64,000 bases of DNA from an uncultured Candidatus Hydrogenedens sp. Its GTDB lineage: Bacteria; Desulfobacterota_D; UBA1144. Both the position numbers and the translations under genes were made by a program. The stretch is from positions 75,556-139,555 of the forward strand of contig CACLTT010000004.1 in NCBI GenBank assembly GCA_902609885.1. Direction: 5' to 3'. The notes beneath the pieces were generated by a model, which saw nothing but the letters and a program-made list of their open reading frames with translations, was not told the DNA's origin and ran no database searches. Positions 29,582 through 41,065 of the stretch are shown in pieces; the first letter of the stretch is position 1; every line of letters begins with the position of its first letter.

Positions 29582-30890
29582 ATTGAAATTATTTAATGGT
29601 GTGTCAATTATCGGTGCAGGACTAGCTGGTTGTGAGGCAGCCATGCAAGTAGCAAAAAAAAATATTCCCGTAAGAATTTATGAAATGAAACCAAAAAAAT
29701 TTACTGAGGCTCATAAATCACCTCAGTTCTCTGAATTAGTTTGCAGTAACTCTCTGAAATCAGATTCACTCGAAAAAGCAGCTGGGATTTTAAAGAATGA
29801 AATGATAAGTTTGGGATCAATAGTTCTAGAATCTGCACTAAAAAATCGTGTGCCTGCTGGTGGAGCCTTGGGAGTAGATCGCGAAGGCTTTTCGAAATAC
29901 ATAACAAATAAGATAAATGAGAATAAGTTTATAGAAATTGTTAACGAGGAATTTACCACAATACCATTTGATATTGATAAACCGCTTATTATTTCTAGCG
30001 GTCCTTTAACTTCAAATACTCTCTCCAAAAGCATAGAAGAATTCTTTGGAGTTAAATCTTTAGCATTTTATGATTCCATATCGCCTATTATTTTATATGA
30101 TTCTCTTGATAAAAATCATTTTTTTAGAGCTTCAAGATATGATGAGTCAGAGGGAGATTATATCAACTGTCCATTAAATGAAATAGAATATAAAAATTTT
30201 ATTTCTGAATTAATTCAATCTGAAAAAACTGAATTTCATAGCTTTGAAAAAATAAAATATTTCGAAAGCTGTTTACCTATTGAGATTATGGCTGCTAGAG
30301 GAGAAGATACTTTAAGATTTGGACCTATGAAGCCAGTTGGTTTAATAAATCCTAAAACAGGAAAAAGACCTTATGCTGTGATACAGCTAAGAAAAGAAAA
30401 TAAAAGTGAATCGATGTGGAACATAGTAGGTTTCCAAACAAAAATGAAAGTAAATGAACAAAAAAGAGTTTTTAAATTAATACCTGCTTTCAAAAATATA
30501 GAATTTTTAAGGTTTGGCAGTATTCATAGAAATACATATTTGAATTCGCCTGGAAAACTTTATAACACATTACAAACAAAAAAAAATAAGAATATTTTTT
30601 TTTCAGGCCAGCTAACTGGTGTTGAGGGCTATACTGAATCATCCGCAATGGGCATAGTAGCAGGAGTTAATGCAGTTAGAGTTTTTAAAAATCTTGAACC
30701 TATTCAATTTCCTCTAACCACAGCCATCGGAACTCTATTAAACTATATTTCGAAGGAAGACAAGAAGGATTTGCAACCCATGAACATAAATCTTGGACTC
30801 TTTAATATTGAAAAACCAAAAAAAAATATTGCTAGTATAGTTAGTAGTTCTAAATTCGACATTTCTAATATCATTCAAACAATTAAATAG
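29565..30890 (+). CDS. trmFO: methylenetetrahydrofolate--tRNA-(uracil54-C5)-methyltransferase (FADH2-dependent)
   Basis: VSIIGAGLAGCEAA FAD-binding N-terminus and TrmFO/Gid family architecture. The GTG start at 29565 overlaps the miaB end. In-frame TTG (29580) and GTG (29601) are alternatives. Confidence 0.85.
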   Translation: MVNKHKLKLFNGVSIIGAGLAGCEAAMQVAKKNIPVRIYEMKPKKFTEAHKSPQFSELVCSNSLKSDSLEKAAGILKNEMISLGSIVLESALKNRVPAGGALGVDREGFSKYITNKINENKFIEIVNEEFTTIPFDIDKPLIISSGPLTSNTLSKSIEEFFGVKSLAFYDSISPIILYDSLDKNHFFRASRYDESEGDYINCPLNEIEYKNFISELIQSEKTEFHSFEKIKYFESCLPIEIMAARGEDTLRFGPMKPVGLINPKTGKRPYAVIQLRKENKSESMWNIVGFQTKMKVNEQKRVFKLIPAFKNIEFLRFGSIHRNTYLNSPGKLYNTLQTKKNKNIFFSGQLTGVEGYTESSAMGIVAGVNAVRVFKNLEPIQFPLTTAIGTLLNYISKEDKKDLQPMNINLGLFNIEKPKKNIASIVSSSKFDISNIIQTIK

Positions 30891-30903
30891 AAGATAACTT
30901 TCT

Positions 30904-31767
30904 TTGATGTTATTATTTTTTATGGATTTTCAAAATATAATTTTGAAATTACAAGAATTTTGGGCTAAAGAAGGTTGTGTAATTTTACAGCCTTATGATC
31001 TTGAAAAAGGCGCAGGAACTTTCCATCCTGGAACCTTTTTGAGGTGTCTAGGAAAATCGAATTGGTCTGCTGCTTATGTTGAGCCATGTAGAAGGCCTAC
31101 TGATGGAAGATATGGAGAAAATCCTAATAGACTGCAACACTATTACCAATTCCAAGTCATTATTAAACCATCAGTTGATAACATCCAAAGTTTATATCTA
31201 CAAAGTTTAGAATTTTTAGGAATTAATACAAAGAAACATGACATTAGATTTGTTGAAGATGATTGGGAATCGCCTACACTTGGTGCTTGGGGTTTAGGCT
31301 GGGAAGTCTGGTTGGATGGAATGGAAATTACACAGTTCACATATTTTCAACAAGCAGGTGGTTTTGATTTAGATCCTATCACAGTTGAAATTACATATGG
31401 TACTGAAAGGATTGCAATGTATCTACAGAATGTATCCAGTGTTTTTAATTTAAATTGGTCAAAGAATATAAAATATAAAGATATTCACCACAGAACAGAA
31501 TATGAATTTTCTAAATATAATTTTGAGTTTGCAGATATTTTAATGTTAAAGAGATTTTTTAATGATTCTAAAAAAGAATGTTTGAACTTAATAAATAAAG
31601 GCCTTCCACTACCGGCATATGATTATTGTATGAAGTGCTCACACTTATTTAATTTATTAGATGCAAGAGGAAGTATAAGCGTAACGGAAAGGGCTAGATA
31701 TATTCTAGAAATTAGAGAGTTAGCTAAAAATTCAGCTAATCTATATATGGAAAAATATGAAAAATAA
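30904..31767 (+). CDS. glyQ: glycine--tRNA ligase alpha subunit
   Basis: [13 protein letters not shown]...[19 protein letters not shown], a highly conserved GlyQ sequence. Confidence 0.9.
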   Translation: MMLLFFMDFQNIILKLQEFWAKEGCVILQPYDLEKGAGTFHPGTFLRCLGKSNWSAAYVEPCRRPTDGRYGENPNRLQHYYQFQVIIKPSVDNIQSLYLQSLEFLGINTKKHDIRFVEDDWESPTLGAWGLGWEVWLDGMEITQFTYFQQAGGFDLDPITVEITYGTERIAMYLQNVSSVFNLNWSKNIKYKDIHHRTEYEFSKYNFEFADILMLKRFFNDSKKECLNLINKGLPLPAYDYCMKCSHLFNLLDARGSISVTERARYILEIRELAKNSANLYMEKYEK

Positions 31768-33832
31768 AAAATTAGAATTCTTCCTAGAAATTTATATGGA
31801 AGAAATTCCTGCTAGACTTGTTAATGATTTATCATCACAACTTAAAAGTAATTTTGAAGTTTTAATGAAAGAGAAAGACATTTCATATTCACATATTAGA
31901 TCGTATGGAACTCCTATGAGATTAGTATTATTCATAAATGGTTTAAAAAATAAAACCGAGGACAAAAAATTAGAAATATGGGGCCCACCAGAAAATATTT
32001 CTATTTCAAATAAAAAAGAATTTTTAAAACCTGCAGAATCATTCATCAAAAAAAATAATATTAATAAAAAAGAAATTCATATAAAGAAAAAGAATGGAAT
32101 GAATTTTTTATTTTGCAAAAAAACAATAAAGGGTTCTAAAAACCAAGAAAATCTTAGAGAAATTACGATTGAATCAATATCTAAAATAAAAAATAAAAAG
32201 TTTATGAGATGGAGTGACAAAAGTTTTGCATTTATTAGACCTATTAAAAATATATTTGCGAATATGAATAAGAAATTTATTAAAATAAATTTTATGGAAA
32301 TACCTTCAGAAAATAAAATTATTGGCCATCGTTTTTCTCAAATGTCTAGTAGAAAAATTAAATCTTTTGATGATTATTTAAATTTTTTAAAAAAAAATGA
32401 TGTTATTTTAGATTTCAAATCTAGGAAAGATAAAATTTTGGAGGAAGTTAGAAGAATAGAGAAGAAAGAAAAGGTATATGTAAATCCAGACTTAGACTTA
32501 ATTAATCATGTATCTAATCTGACTGAATATCCTAAGGTACTAATTGGAAATTTTGATAAGAGTTTTTTAAAAATTCCAAAAGAAGTAATAAATTCGATAA
32601 TGAAAAATCATCAAAAATATTTTTCGATATATTCAACTTCAAGTATGAAGAAACTTGTTCCAAATTTTTTATTTGTAGCTGGATCTCCATACTTGGATAA
32701 TAATAAAGTTATTCAGGGAAATGAGAAGGTTTTGGCCGCAAGACTAAATGATGGGAAGTTCTTTTATGAAGAAGATATTAAAAATGGACTTGAGAAAATA
32801 AGAGAAAAAATTGATCATATTACTTTTATTGAAGGCATTGGAAGTTATGGGGATAAGGCCAAAAGAGTTAGTAAATTGGCCTTAAAAATAAGAGATATGC
32901 TAAATTTAAATATAAGCGAAGATGATATAATAAAAACTTCAGAATTATGTAAAGCGGATTTGGCATCACAAATGGTATTCGAATTCCCAGAACTTCAAGG
33001 AATAATGGGTGGATATTACTACCGTGACAAAAGCAAAATTATTGCAAATTCTATTACAAGCCATTATTTACCAAAAACAAGAGATGACAGCCTTCCTAAA
33101 GATAATCTATCAAAAATCATCAGTATTTCGGATAAATTAGATACAATATGCTCTGCATTCCATATGAAACTTTTGCCCACGGGGAGTTCTGACCCATATG
33201 GACTTAGAAGGTGTTGTATAGGTATAATTAGAATATTAGAAGAGCTAGATATAAATATAGATTTAATTGAAATTTTTAGAGAATCTTTTTCACATATTGA
33301 GAAAAAAGAAGGTATAAATAACAAGGAATCTTTAGATAGGGTTAAGTTATTTTTTACAGAAAGAATAAAAAATTATTATGTAGAAAATGGCTATAGTGTA
33401 AATATTTTGAATGCAGTAGTTTCAAATTTTAATTCTTTAGACATAGTAAAAATTAAAAAGAAAATATCAATCATTAAAAAACTAAATGGTTCTAAAGATT
33501 TGGTAAAAGCTTCTGAAATATTTAAGAGACTTAAAAATATTATTAAAGATAACAATTCAACAAATATTAATCAAAAGCTATTTCAAAATAAATATGAGGA
33601 AAATGTTTATTCGGAAATGTTAAGAATTGAAAAGCTTTTTAAAGCTAATCCAAATTATGATGAATCTGAAAAATGTTTGAAAGAGATTATTAAATCTTCA
33701 TCAACATTATCGAACTTTTTTAATAATGTTATGGTTATGGATAAAAAAAAGATTGTTAGATCAAATAGGCTAAACCTATTGACAAGTTTTAAAAAATTAA
33801 TTTCTGGAGTTGCAAACTTCTCAGATTTATAA
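31757..33832 (+). CDS. glyS: glycine--tRNA ligase beta subunit
   Basis: 691 aa immediately downstream of and overlapping glyQ. Conserved GlyS regions (HYLPK…, DPYGLRR) are present. Confidence 0.85.
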   Translation: MKNKKLEFFLEIYMEEIPARLVNDLSSQLKSNFEVLMKEKDISYSHIRSYGTPMRLVLFINGLKNKTEDKKLEIWGPPENISISNKKEFLKPAESFIKKNNINKKEIHIKKKNGMNFLFCKKTIKGSKNQENLREITIESISKIKNKKFMRWSDKSFAFIRPIKNIFANMNKKFIKINFMEIPSENKIIGHRFSQMSSRKIKSFDDYLNFLKKNDVILDFKSRKDKILEEVRRIEKKEKVYVNPDLDLINHVSNLTEYPKVLIGNFDKSFLKIPKEVINSIMKNHQKYFSIYSTSSMKKLVPNFLFVAGSPYLDNNKVIQGNEKVLAARLNDGKFFYEEDIKNGLEKIREKIDHITFIEGIGSYGDKAKRVSKLALKIRDMLNLNISEDDIIKTSELCKADLASQMVFEFPELQGIMGGYYYRDKSKIIANSITSHYLPKTRDDSLPKDNLSKIISISDKLDTICSAFHMKLLPTGSSDPYGLRRCCIGIIRILEELDINIDLIEIFRESFSHIEKKEGINNKESLDRVKLFFTERIKNYYVENGYSVNILNAVVSNFNSLDIVKIKKKISIIKKLNGSKDLVKASEIFKRLKNIIKDNNSTNINQKLFQNKYEENVYSEMLRIEKLFKANPNYDESEKCLKEIIKSSSTLSNFFNNVMVMDKKKIVRSNRLNLLTSFKKLISGVANFSDL

Positions 33833-33852
33833 CTATGGAGGATATTTAAATA

Positions 33853-36588
33853 ATGGCACCTGTAAACAAATCTAATTCATATCTTTATTTCTTTGGAAAT
33901 AAAAAATCAGAAGGTAAAGGGGATATGAAAGAAATACTAGGCGGTAAAGGTGCTGGTCTTGCTGAAATGACAGAAATAGGTATTAATGTGCCTCCAGGTT
34001 TTACGATTTCAACTGAGGTATGTAGTATTTTTTATAAAAATAAAAAGGCTTTACCGAAAAAAATCATTGATCAAACGGAAAAAAATATAATTAAATTAGA
34101 GACCATGACCGGTAAAGGATTTGGGGATCCTGTTAATCCATTATTAGTTTCTGTAAGGTCCGGTGCGATGTTCTCGATGCCCGGCATGATGGATACTATT
34201 CTCAATCTTGGATTAAATGATAAAACTGTAAATGGAGTAATTAAGAAAACAAAGAATCCTAGGTTTGCATGGGATTCTTATAGGAGATTTATTCAAATGT
34301 TTTCTGATGTAGTTTTAAAAGTTGATAAAGAAGTATTTGAAAAAAGACTCGAAATATTAAAAAATAAAAAAAACGTTAAGCATGATGTAGATTTAGACAG
34401 TAATTCTCTAAAGCAACTTGTAAGTGAATACAAAAAAATTGTTAAGTCTAAAACTGGCAAAAATTTTCCTCAAAATCCTAAAGATCAATTAGTTAAAGCA
34501 ATTGATGCGGTTTTTCTATCTTGGAATAACGATAGAGCAATTTTTTATAGAAAACAATATGATATACCATCTGAAATAGGAACTGCTGTTACAGTGCAAT
34601 CGATGGTTTTTGGGAATATGGGAAATGACTGTGGAACTGGTGTTGGATTCACCCGCGATCCTCTATCAGGAGAAAAAGAGCTATTTGCAGAATATTTATT
34701 AAATGCTCAGGGGGAAGATGTTGTAGCTGGTATTAGGACTCCAAAGAATATTAAAACTATGCAAAGAGAATTGAGAAAAGTACATTCACAAATTGAGAAT
34801 ACTGCAAAAATACTAGAGAGGCATTTCAGAGATATGCAAGACTTTGAATTTACCATCGAAAACGAAGTCCTTTATTTGCTTCAAACTAGATCAGGTAAAA
34901 GATCAGGTATTGCTGCTGCAAAAATTGCATGTGATATGGTAAAAGAGACATTAATATCAAAAGAAGAGGCGGTCTTAAGAGTTGAACCAGAACATCTTGA
35001 ACAATTCCTTTTTCCAATTTTTAATCCAGAGGACAAGAAAAAATTTGTTATTATGACGCGAGGCCTTGCTGCATCTCCAGGGGCAGCATCTGGTCGAGTT
35101 GCACTAGACGCACAGACTGCAGTAGAGTTAGGTAAAAAAGGTAAAAGAGTAGTTTTGGTAACACAAGAGACCAGTCCTGACGATATTCACGGAATGGCGG
35201 CCGCTCACGGGTTATTAACAGCTAGAGGAGGTCGAACAAGCCATGCGGCTGTTGTGGGAAGACAAATGGGAAAAGTTTGTGTCGTAGGAGCTGAGGAAAT
35301 TAAAGTTGATATAGCGAATAGAAGTTTTAGTGTCGGAAATAAAATTATTAAAGAAGGTGATTATATTTCCATAGATGGTTTTGAAGGAAAAGTTTTTTCT
35401 GGAGATATCCCTGTTGTAGCTTCAGAGGTAATACAAGTTATGCAAGGAAATATGAGAGAAATTGCTTCTGAGAGGTATAATATTTTTTCAACTATTTTAA
35501 AATGGGCTGATTCATTTAGAACACTCGATATTAGAACTAATGCTGATGTTCCAAGTGATGCCGTTACTGCAATTAAATTTGGCGCAGAAGGAATAGGCCT
35601 TTGTAGAACAGAGCATATGTTTTTTGCTGAGGATAGAATAAAAATAATGCAAGAAATGATTCTATCAAAAAGTGAAAAAGAACGAATCAAGCATCTAGAC
35701 AAATTAAAAGCAATGCAGAAACAAGATTTTATAGGTCTTTTTACAGCTATGCAGGGGTTCCCCTGTACAATAAGATTGCTGGATCCACCTCTACATGAAT
35801 TCCTTCCTAGCAGAGAAGAACTTATGTTGGAAATAAGAGAAATGGAGATAAGAGGCGAAAATAATAATGACCTTAAAGAAAAAAAGAATCTTCTAGAAAG
35901 AGTAGAAGAATTACACGAATTTAATCCAATGTTAGGGCTAAGAGGGTGTAGGCTAGGAATAACAATGCCAGAAATTACCAAAATGCAATCTCAAGCTATT
36001 TTTGAAGCTGTGGTTGAAGTAGAGAAAAAGAAAATAAAAGTTAAACCAGAGATAATGGTTCCACTTGTTGGGATGGTAACAGAGTTCAAGTATCAAAAAG
36101 ATATTATTGAGGCTGTTGCTAAAGAAAAACTTGGTAAGAAAAAAATCAATTATACTATCGGAACAATGATTGAAGTTCCAAGGGCAACTGCTGTAGCAGA
36201 TGAGATTGCGAAAGAGGCAGAGTTTTTCTCATTTGGGACTAATGATCTAACTCAAACTGTTTTTGCATATTCGCGAGACGATGCCGCAAAGTTTATCAAT
36301 AAATATTTAGAAACTCAAGTATCAATAGATGGTAAAAATTCTGATATATTAGAGAAAGATCCTTTTGCGAGTATTGATAGAAATGGTGTTGGCGAATTTA
36401 TGAAAATTGGTCTATCAAAAGGAAGAAGTACAAGAAAGGATTTAAAAGTGGGAATTTGTGGTGAGCATGGTGGTGACCCATCTTCAATAGAATTTTGCCA
36501 CGAAATAGGACTTGATTATGTGAGCTGTTCCCCTTTTAGAGTTCCAATCGCTAGGCTTGCTGCAGCTAGAGTTGCATTATCTAAATAA
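33853..36588 (+). CDS. ppdK: pyruvate, phosphate dikinase
   Basis: 911 aa. ATP-grasp N-domain. Phospho-His domain GGRTSHAAVVGR. PEP-utilising TIM-barrel C-domain (…GICGEHGGDP). Confidence 0.9.
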   Translation: MAPVNKSNSYLYFFGNKKSEGKGDMKEILGGKGAGLAEMTEIGINVPPGFTISTEVCSIFYKNKKALPKKIIDQTEKNIIKLETMTGKGFGDPVNPLLVSVRSGAMFSMPGMMDTILNLGLNDKTVNGVIKKTKNPRFAWDSYRRFIQMFSDVVLKVDKEVFEKRLEILKNKKNVKHDVDLDSNSLKQLVSEYKKIVKSKTGKNFPQNPKDQLVKAIDAVFLSWNNDRAIFYRKQYDIPSEIGTAVTVQSMVFGNMGNDCGTGVGFTRDPLSGEKELFAEYLLNAQGEDVVAGIRTPKNIKTMQRELRKVHSQIENTAKILERHFRDMQDFEFTIENEVLYLLQTRSGKRSGIAAAKIACDMVKETLISKEEAVLRVEPEHLEQFLFPIFNPEDKKKFVIMTRGLAASPGAASGRVALDAQTAVELGKKGKRVVLVTQETSPDDIHGMAAAHGLLTARGGRTSHAAVVGRQMGKVCVVGAEEIKVDIANRSFSVGNKIIKEGDYISIDGFEGKVFSGDIPVVASEVIQVMQGNMREIASERYNIFSTILKWADSFRTLDIRTNADVPSDAVTAIKFGAEGIGLCRTEHMFFAEDRIKIMQEMILSKSEKERIKHLDKLKAMQKQDFIGLFTAMQGFPCTIRLLDPPLHEFLPSREELMLEIREMEIRGENNNDLKEKKNLLERVEELHEFNPMLGLRGCRLGITMPEITKMQSQAIFEAVVEVEKKKIKVKPEIMVPLVGMVTEFKYQKDIIEAVAKEKLGKKKINYTIGTMIEVPRATAVADEIAKEAEFFSFGTNDLTQTVFAYSRDDAAKFINKYLETQVSIDGKNSDILEKDPFASIDRNGVGEFMKIGLSKGRSTRKDLKVGICGEHGGDPSSIEFCHEIGLDYVSCSPFRVPIARLAAARVALSK

Positions 36589-36595
36589 TATTTAA

Positions 36596-38164
36596 TTAGT
36601 TTGCTGTAGCAGAAGCCCTCACCTCTCTTACTACTGTAATTTTTACATTCCCTGGGTAAGAAACTTCTTCTTCTATTTTTTTAGCAATATCATGTGACAA
36701 AATTGTTGCTTCATCATCATTAACTTTATCGCTTTGGACCATAACTCTTACCTCTCTACCTGCTTGTATTGCAAAACACTTATCTACTCCATTGAATGAA
36801 GAAGCAATATCTTCTAATTCTTTAACTCTTTTTACATATGACTCATATGATTCTTTCCTAGCCCCAGGTCTTGCAGCAGATATAGCATCGGAGGCTTGGA
36901 CTAATAAGCAATAAAGGCTATCCGGGTTGTCAGTATGAGAAAGCTCTACAGCATCAATTACTTCTTGAGGCTCATTAAATTTTTTAACCAGATCTCCTCC
37001 AATATCAACATGATTCCCTTCTATTTCGTGATCTACGGCTTTACCAATATCATGTAGCAAGCCAGCACGTTTTGCTAATTTAGGATCTAAGCCAACTTCA
37101 GCAGCCAAAACCCCACATATTTGGGCAACCTCAAGTGAATGATCTAATATATTTTGAGAATATGAAGTTCTATATTTCATCTTTCCTACAAGGCCTACTA
37201 AATCAGGATGCATATTACTAATACCTAATTCTAATATAGCCTCTTCACCTAACTTATTGATCTCTTTGTCTAATTGTGATTCAATTTCATCAACAATTTC
37301 TTCAATACGTCCAGGATGGACTCTACCGTCATCCAAGAGTCTTTTAATAGCTCTTGAAGCGACTTCTCTTCTTAAAGGATTATGTGATGAAACTGTCACA
37401 ACTCCGGGTGTATCATCAATTATAATATCAACACCTGTTTTTAATTCTATCGCGCGAATATTTCTTCCTTCTTTACCAATTATCCTTCCTTTCATATCAT
37501 CACTTGGCAAGTTTACTATAGAGGCAGTTTTTTCAGAAGTGTAAGATGCTGCATATTTTTGAATTGCTAATGCGATGATACCCTTTGCTTTTGATTCTGC
37601 ATCATCATTTATATTTTTCTCAATCTCTTTGATTTTTCTAGCAGATATTATTTTTGCTTCATTCTCGACAACTTTTATTAGCTCCTCTTTAGCTTCCTCT
37701 CTAGACAATCCTGCTATTGTTTCAATTTTTAACTTTGCGTCCTCCAAAATCATTTCTAGCTCTTTCTCACGATTTCTGTATTTAGACATTAAATCTTCAC
37801 AAGATTTTTCCCTCATCTCTATCTGGGCTTCTTTTCTAGTAATCTCAGTTAATTGGTTATCAATATTTTTTTCTCTATCTACTAAATCAGTTTTTCGGAA
37901 TTCAATATCTTTTTCCATTCTTTCAACCTCGGTCTTAATTTTTTTAATATGTGAATCTTTAAAATTTTTAACTTTTCTCTCAGTATCCTTAATCAGCCTA
38001 TTAGCCTTATTTTTAGCGCTGCCGATTATCGAATGCGCTTTACTTTCCTTATCTCTTATATCTTTGATTAATTTAAACCTTACAAGAAACCAAAGGAATG
38101 TGGCTCCAGTAAAAAAAACTAAAAAATATATACCAATATCAATTAAACTCATAATTATCCTCAC
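36596..38164 (-). CDS. rny: ribonuclease Y
   Basis: N-terminal TM helix, coiled coil, KH domain (KGRIIGKEGRNIRAIE) and an HD domain (LLHDIGKA). Confidence 0.9.
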   Translation of the reverse strand: MRIIMSLIDIGIYFLVFFTGATFLWFLVRFKLIKDIRDKESKAHSIIGSAKNKANRLIKDTERKVKNFKDSHIKKIKTEVERMEKDIEFRKTDLVDREKNIDNQLTEITRKEAQIEMREKSCEDLMSKYRNREKELEMILEDAKLKIETIAGLSREEAKEELIKVVENEAKIISARKIKEIEKNINDDAESKAKGIIALAIQKYAASYTSEKTASIVNLPSDDMKGRIIGKEGRNIRAIELKTGVDIIIDDTPGVVTVSSHNPLRREVASRAIKRLLDDGRVHPGRIEEIVDEIESQLDKEINKLGEEAILELGISNMHPDLVGLVGKMKYRTSYSQNILDHSLEVAQICGVLAAEVGLDPKLAKRAGLLHDIGKAVDHEIEGNHVDIGGDLVKKFNEPQEVIDAVELSHTDNPDSLYCLLVQASDAISAARPGARKESYESYVKRVKELEDIASSFNGVDKCFAIQAGREVRVMVQSDKVNDDEATILSHDIAKKIEEEVSYPGNVKITVVREVRASATAN

Positions 38165-38738
38165 CTCTATTTTTATTTAAAAAAATATGACCAATCTCAA
38201 TATCATGTTTATTTGTTACAGAACAAGTAGGAAAATAGGAGTCAATGTCTATCAAAGAAATTAATCTATTTTTATCAACACCTTTTAGAGCTTTATCATA
38301 ATAACCTTTACCATACCCTATCCTTTTTTTATTTTTATCAATTGCTAAGCACGGAACAATGATAAAATCTAAATATTTTATATTAACTGCTTTCGAACTG
38401 TTAGGTTCCAAAATATTATACTTCCCTATAGTTAATTCATTTAAGTCTTTTACTAAATAGAAATCTAATTTTTCACCAGTTATTTTTGGAAAAAAAATTT
38501 GTTTGCCTTTGTTAAGCAAATGAAAAAAAATCCTACTAATAGAGATTTCGTATTTTGTAGCTGAATATAGTGCGATAGATTGAAAATTTATTGATTCCAG
38601 AAAATTAATACAATTAGATATACATTTATCAAAACTAATTTTATTAAAACTAGAATTATAATTATTTAAAACTCTTTTTCTCAATCGGCTTTTATCAAAT
38701 TTTTGATAAGATTGATTTAATTCTTTCAAAATTTTCAT
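38139..38738 (-). CDS. 5-formyltetrahydrofolate cyclo-ligase
   Basis: KSRLRKRVLN N-terminus and PCLAIDKNKKRIGYGKGYYDK C-terminal motif of the YgfA/MTHFS family. Confidence 0.8.
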   Translation of the reverse strand: MKILKELNQSYQKFDKSRLRKRVLNNYNSSFNKISFDKCISNCINFLESINFQSIALYSATKYEISISRIFFHLLNKGKQIFFPKITGEKLDFYLVKDLNELTIGKYNILEPNSSKAVNIKYLDFIIVPCLAIDKNKKRIGYGKGYYDKALKGVDKNRLISLIDIDSYFPTCSVTNKHDIEIGHIFLNKNRGEDNYEFN

Positions 38739-38946
38739 TTTTTTCCTCAGTTAAGGAAAGAACTTCATAAACCGAATTAATCAAGAGCAAAAGAGAAATG
38801 TCAGACTGAGAAAATTTATTTGGTTTTAATTTTAATTTTCTATATTCATCATTAATGTAATTTTCAATTCTTTTAACCATGATATCATCACAGCTAGTTT
38901 CAAATTCCAATTTTCTATTTACAAAATCTAAATTTATCTCTCTCAC
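38695..38946 (-). CDS. zapA: cell division protein ZapA
   Basis: 83 aa with a GTG start. INLDFVNRKLEF... N-terminal beta region and a C-terminal helix, typical ZapA. Conserved zapA-ygfA synteny. Confidence 0.7.
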   Translation of the reverse strand: MREINLDFVNRKLEFETSCDDIMVKRIENYINDEYRKLKLKPNKFSQSDISLLLLINSVYEVLSLTEEKNENFERIKSILSKI

Positions 38947-39155
38947 TAAACATCTATATTTTTTACAACTTCATCTAGCTCTGATAGAACCAAAGTTAGT
39001 TCGTCCTTGTAAAAATTATTTTTTGTTTCAAGAGTCTTAATGTTTTTCTTATAAGTTGCAATTTCATATTCAAGACTCTTTACTCTTTCTTTTAATTCGT
39101 TTTTTTCTTTATTCGTATCCTTAACTTTACTATCAAGGATATCAATGATATCCAT
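38946..39155 (-). CDS. small coiled-coil protein (ZapB-like)
   Basis: 69 aa, entirely heptad coiled coil. Its stop overlaps the zapA GTG start by 1 nt. Confidence 0.45.
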   Translation of the reverse strand: MDIIDILDSKVKDTNKEKNELKERVKSLEYEIATYKKNIKTLETKNNFYKDELTLVLSELDEVVKNIDV

Positions 39156-39197
39156 GATATAATTCTATCGAATACTTTAAAGTTTACAAGTAATGAG

Positions 39198-40259
39198 ATG
39201 ATTGACGAAAAAATTATAAAAGAGCTAGAATTAGCTGAGGTTGAAATAGAGCGTATTGATGCATCTTTATCCTCGGGAAACATAGATTCTAATGATATTA
39301 GAGATTTATCCAAAAAAAGAAATGAAATATCAGGAGTTGTTGAGCTATATAAAGAATATAAGATTATTTTAAAATCAATCTCTGAAAATGAAGAATTACT
39401 TAATGAACCTGATTTTAAAGAACTTGCAAATGAAGAAATATCCGAATTGAAACTAAATTTAGTTAAAATAGTTGAAAAAATTAAAGATGAGACCAAACCA
39501 GTTGATCCTCTAGATAAAAAAGACGTAATATTAGAAATAAGGGCGGGAGCCGGAGGAGATGAAGCTGCACTCTTTGCATCAGATCTATTAAGAATGTACT
39601 TAAGATGTTCTGAAAGAAAAGGATGGAAAACGGAAATAATAAATAAAAATGATATTGGGCTTGGTGGGATAAAAGAAGCAATCGTCTCAATTTGTGGAAA
39701 AAATATATATAAATATATGAAATTTGAAAGTGGTGTTCATAGAGTTCAGCGTGTACCTGAAACCGAGACTAGTGGGAGAGTTCACACATCCACAGCAACC
39801 ATTGCAATACTAGCTGAAGCAGATGAAATTGAAGTTGAAATTAATGAAAAAGATTTAAGAATAGATACATACAGGGCCTCTGGTGCAGGAGGGCAACATG
39901 TAAACAAGACTGATTCAGCAGTTAGGATTACACATCTTCCCTCAGGTATTGTCGTACAAAACCAAGACGAAAAATCTCAAAATAAGAATAAGCAAAAAGC
40001 ATTGAAAATTTTAAGAGCTAAAATTTTAAAAGTAGAAGAAAATAAAAAATTTGATGATATGTCTCAAACAAGAAAATCACTTGTAGGTGGTGGAGATAGA
40101 AGCGAAAAAATTAGGACTTATAATTTTCCACAAGGAAGAGTTAGTGATCACAGAATAAATTTAACCCTTCATAAAATTGATGAAATTTTAGATGGCAATC
40201 TAGATGAACTTAATGATGAATTATCTAAAAATTACTATGAGGATGCTTCTGGCGTATGA
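39198..40259 (+). CDS. prfA: peptide chain release factor 1
   Basis: GGQ motif ([13 protein letters not shown]) and the RF1-type PxT tripeptide (VPETETSGR). Confidence 0.9.
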   Translation: MIDEKIIKELELAEVEIERIDASLSSGNIDSNDIRDLSKKRNEISGVVELYKEYKIILKSISENEELLNEPDFKELANEEISELKLNLVKIVEKIKDETKPVDPLDKKDVILEIRAGAGGDEAALFASDLLRMYLRCSERKGWKTEIINKNDIGLGGIKEAIVSICGKNIYKYMKFESGVHRVQRVPETETSGRVHTSTATIAILAEADEIEVEINEKDLRIDTYRASGAGGQHVNKTDSAVRITHLPSGIVVQNQDEKSQNKNKQKALKILRAKILKVEENKKFDDMSQTRKSLVGGGDRSEKIRTYNFPQGRVSDHRINLTLHKIDEILDGNLDELNDELSKNYYEDASGV

Positions 40260-41035
40260 TGTTAATAATATCTTCATTATTCCTGTTATCTTTTGTAACT
40301 AATATTTTATATTCCATTAACGGCAATCTAAATTACTCAAAGATATCAAGGATTTTGCTAATTTCTGCTCTGCTTGGGCAAACCTATTTAATTTTAAATG
40401 GAAAAATTTTAATTGAATCAAAAACACTCGAGTCAAATTTATTTGTTTCGTCATGGATCGTAGGGATTTTTAGTATTTTTGTATTAAGAAAATATATAAA
40501 AAATCTGTATACACTATTTATATCCCCAGTATGCTTTCTTTTGTCAGTACCAATAATTTTTGTTGGAAATTTAGAATCGACTGTCTTTAGTAATAAAATT
40601 CTAATACTTCATGTAATGTCGAACTTCATATCACATACTTTAATATTAATAGCTTCAATAATTGCATTTCTATATATATATCAACATAAAAATATAAAAA
40701 TGAAAATAATCAACCAAATTGATAAATTGCCTAGCTTGTCCACATTAGAAAAAATACTTTTTTTAATCTTGTGTATATCTTTTCCAATTATGACACTAGG
40801 ATTTTCATTAGGATTTATACTATCTAAAGAACAAATTGGAACTTATTGGTTTGGATCAGTTTCAACAATTTCGGTTATCTCATGGACTGTATTCTTTTTT
40901 ATAATTCAAATAAGAGCATTCTTTGGTTTAAGTGGATTAAAAATATCATATTTTAGTATATTTGGATTATTTACAATAATATTAGGTTATATAGCGATGT
41001 ATTATCTAGAACTTCCATCACATACATTTTTATAA
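40256..41035 (+). CDS. integral membrane protein (about 8 TM helices; weak resemblance to the YpjD/CcsA-type family)
   Basis: Highly hydrophobic 259-aa protein whose ATG overlaps the prfA stop (ATGA). Family assignment is tentative. Confidence 0.6.
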   Translation: MMLIISSLFLLSFVTNILYSINGNLNYSKISRILLISALLGQTYLILNGKILIESKTLESNLFVSSWIVGIFSIFVLRKYIKNLYTLFISPVCFLLSVPIIFVGNLESTVFSNKILILHVMSNFISHTLILIASIIAFLYIYQHKNIKMKIINQIDKLPSLSTLEKILFLILCISFPIMTLGFSLGFILSKEQIGTYWFGSVSTISVISWTVFFFIIQIRAFFGLSGLKISYFSIFGLFTIILGYIAMYYLELPSHTFL

Positions 41036-41037
41036 AA

Positions 41038-41058
41038 TTAGCGGCCAGGGGCCGCTAA
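41038..41058. terminator. bidirectional hairpin terminator (TTAGCGGCC agg GGCCGCTAA) between convergent genes
   Basis: 9-bp perfect GC-rich inverted repeat in an AT-rich region. It lies in the 30-nt gap between the membrane protein gene (+) and the reductase gene (-). Confidence 0.6.
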
Positions 41059-41065
41059 TCAAACT

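Noticed and set aside
35361-35981. 206-aa ORF antisense to ppdK
   Set aside because: It lies wholly inside the well-supported ppdK gene on the opposite strand. Its product is low-complexity Ser/Leu/Ile-rich, as expected from reading a GC-richer gene backwards. It has no start context.
37257-38180. 95-aa and 201-aa ORFs antisense to rny
   Set aside because: Both lie inside the RNase Y gene. They are low-complexity S/L/F/I-rich and have no homology features. They are mirror-frame artefacts.
38946-39155. The small coiled-coil ORF upstream of zapA as a toxin/antitoxin or phage-derived gene
   Set aside because: A pure heptad coiled coil tightly coupled to zapA fits a ZapB-like division protein better. 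There is no partner gene or toxin fold.
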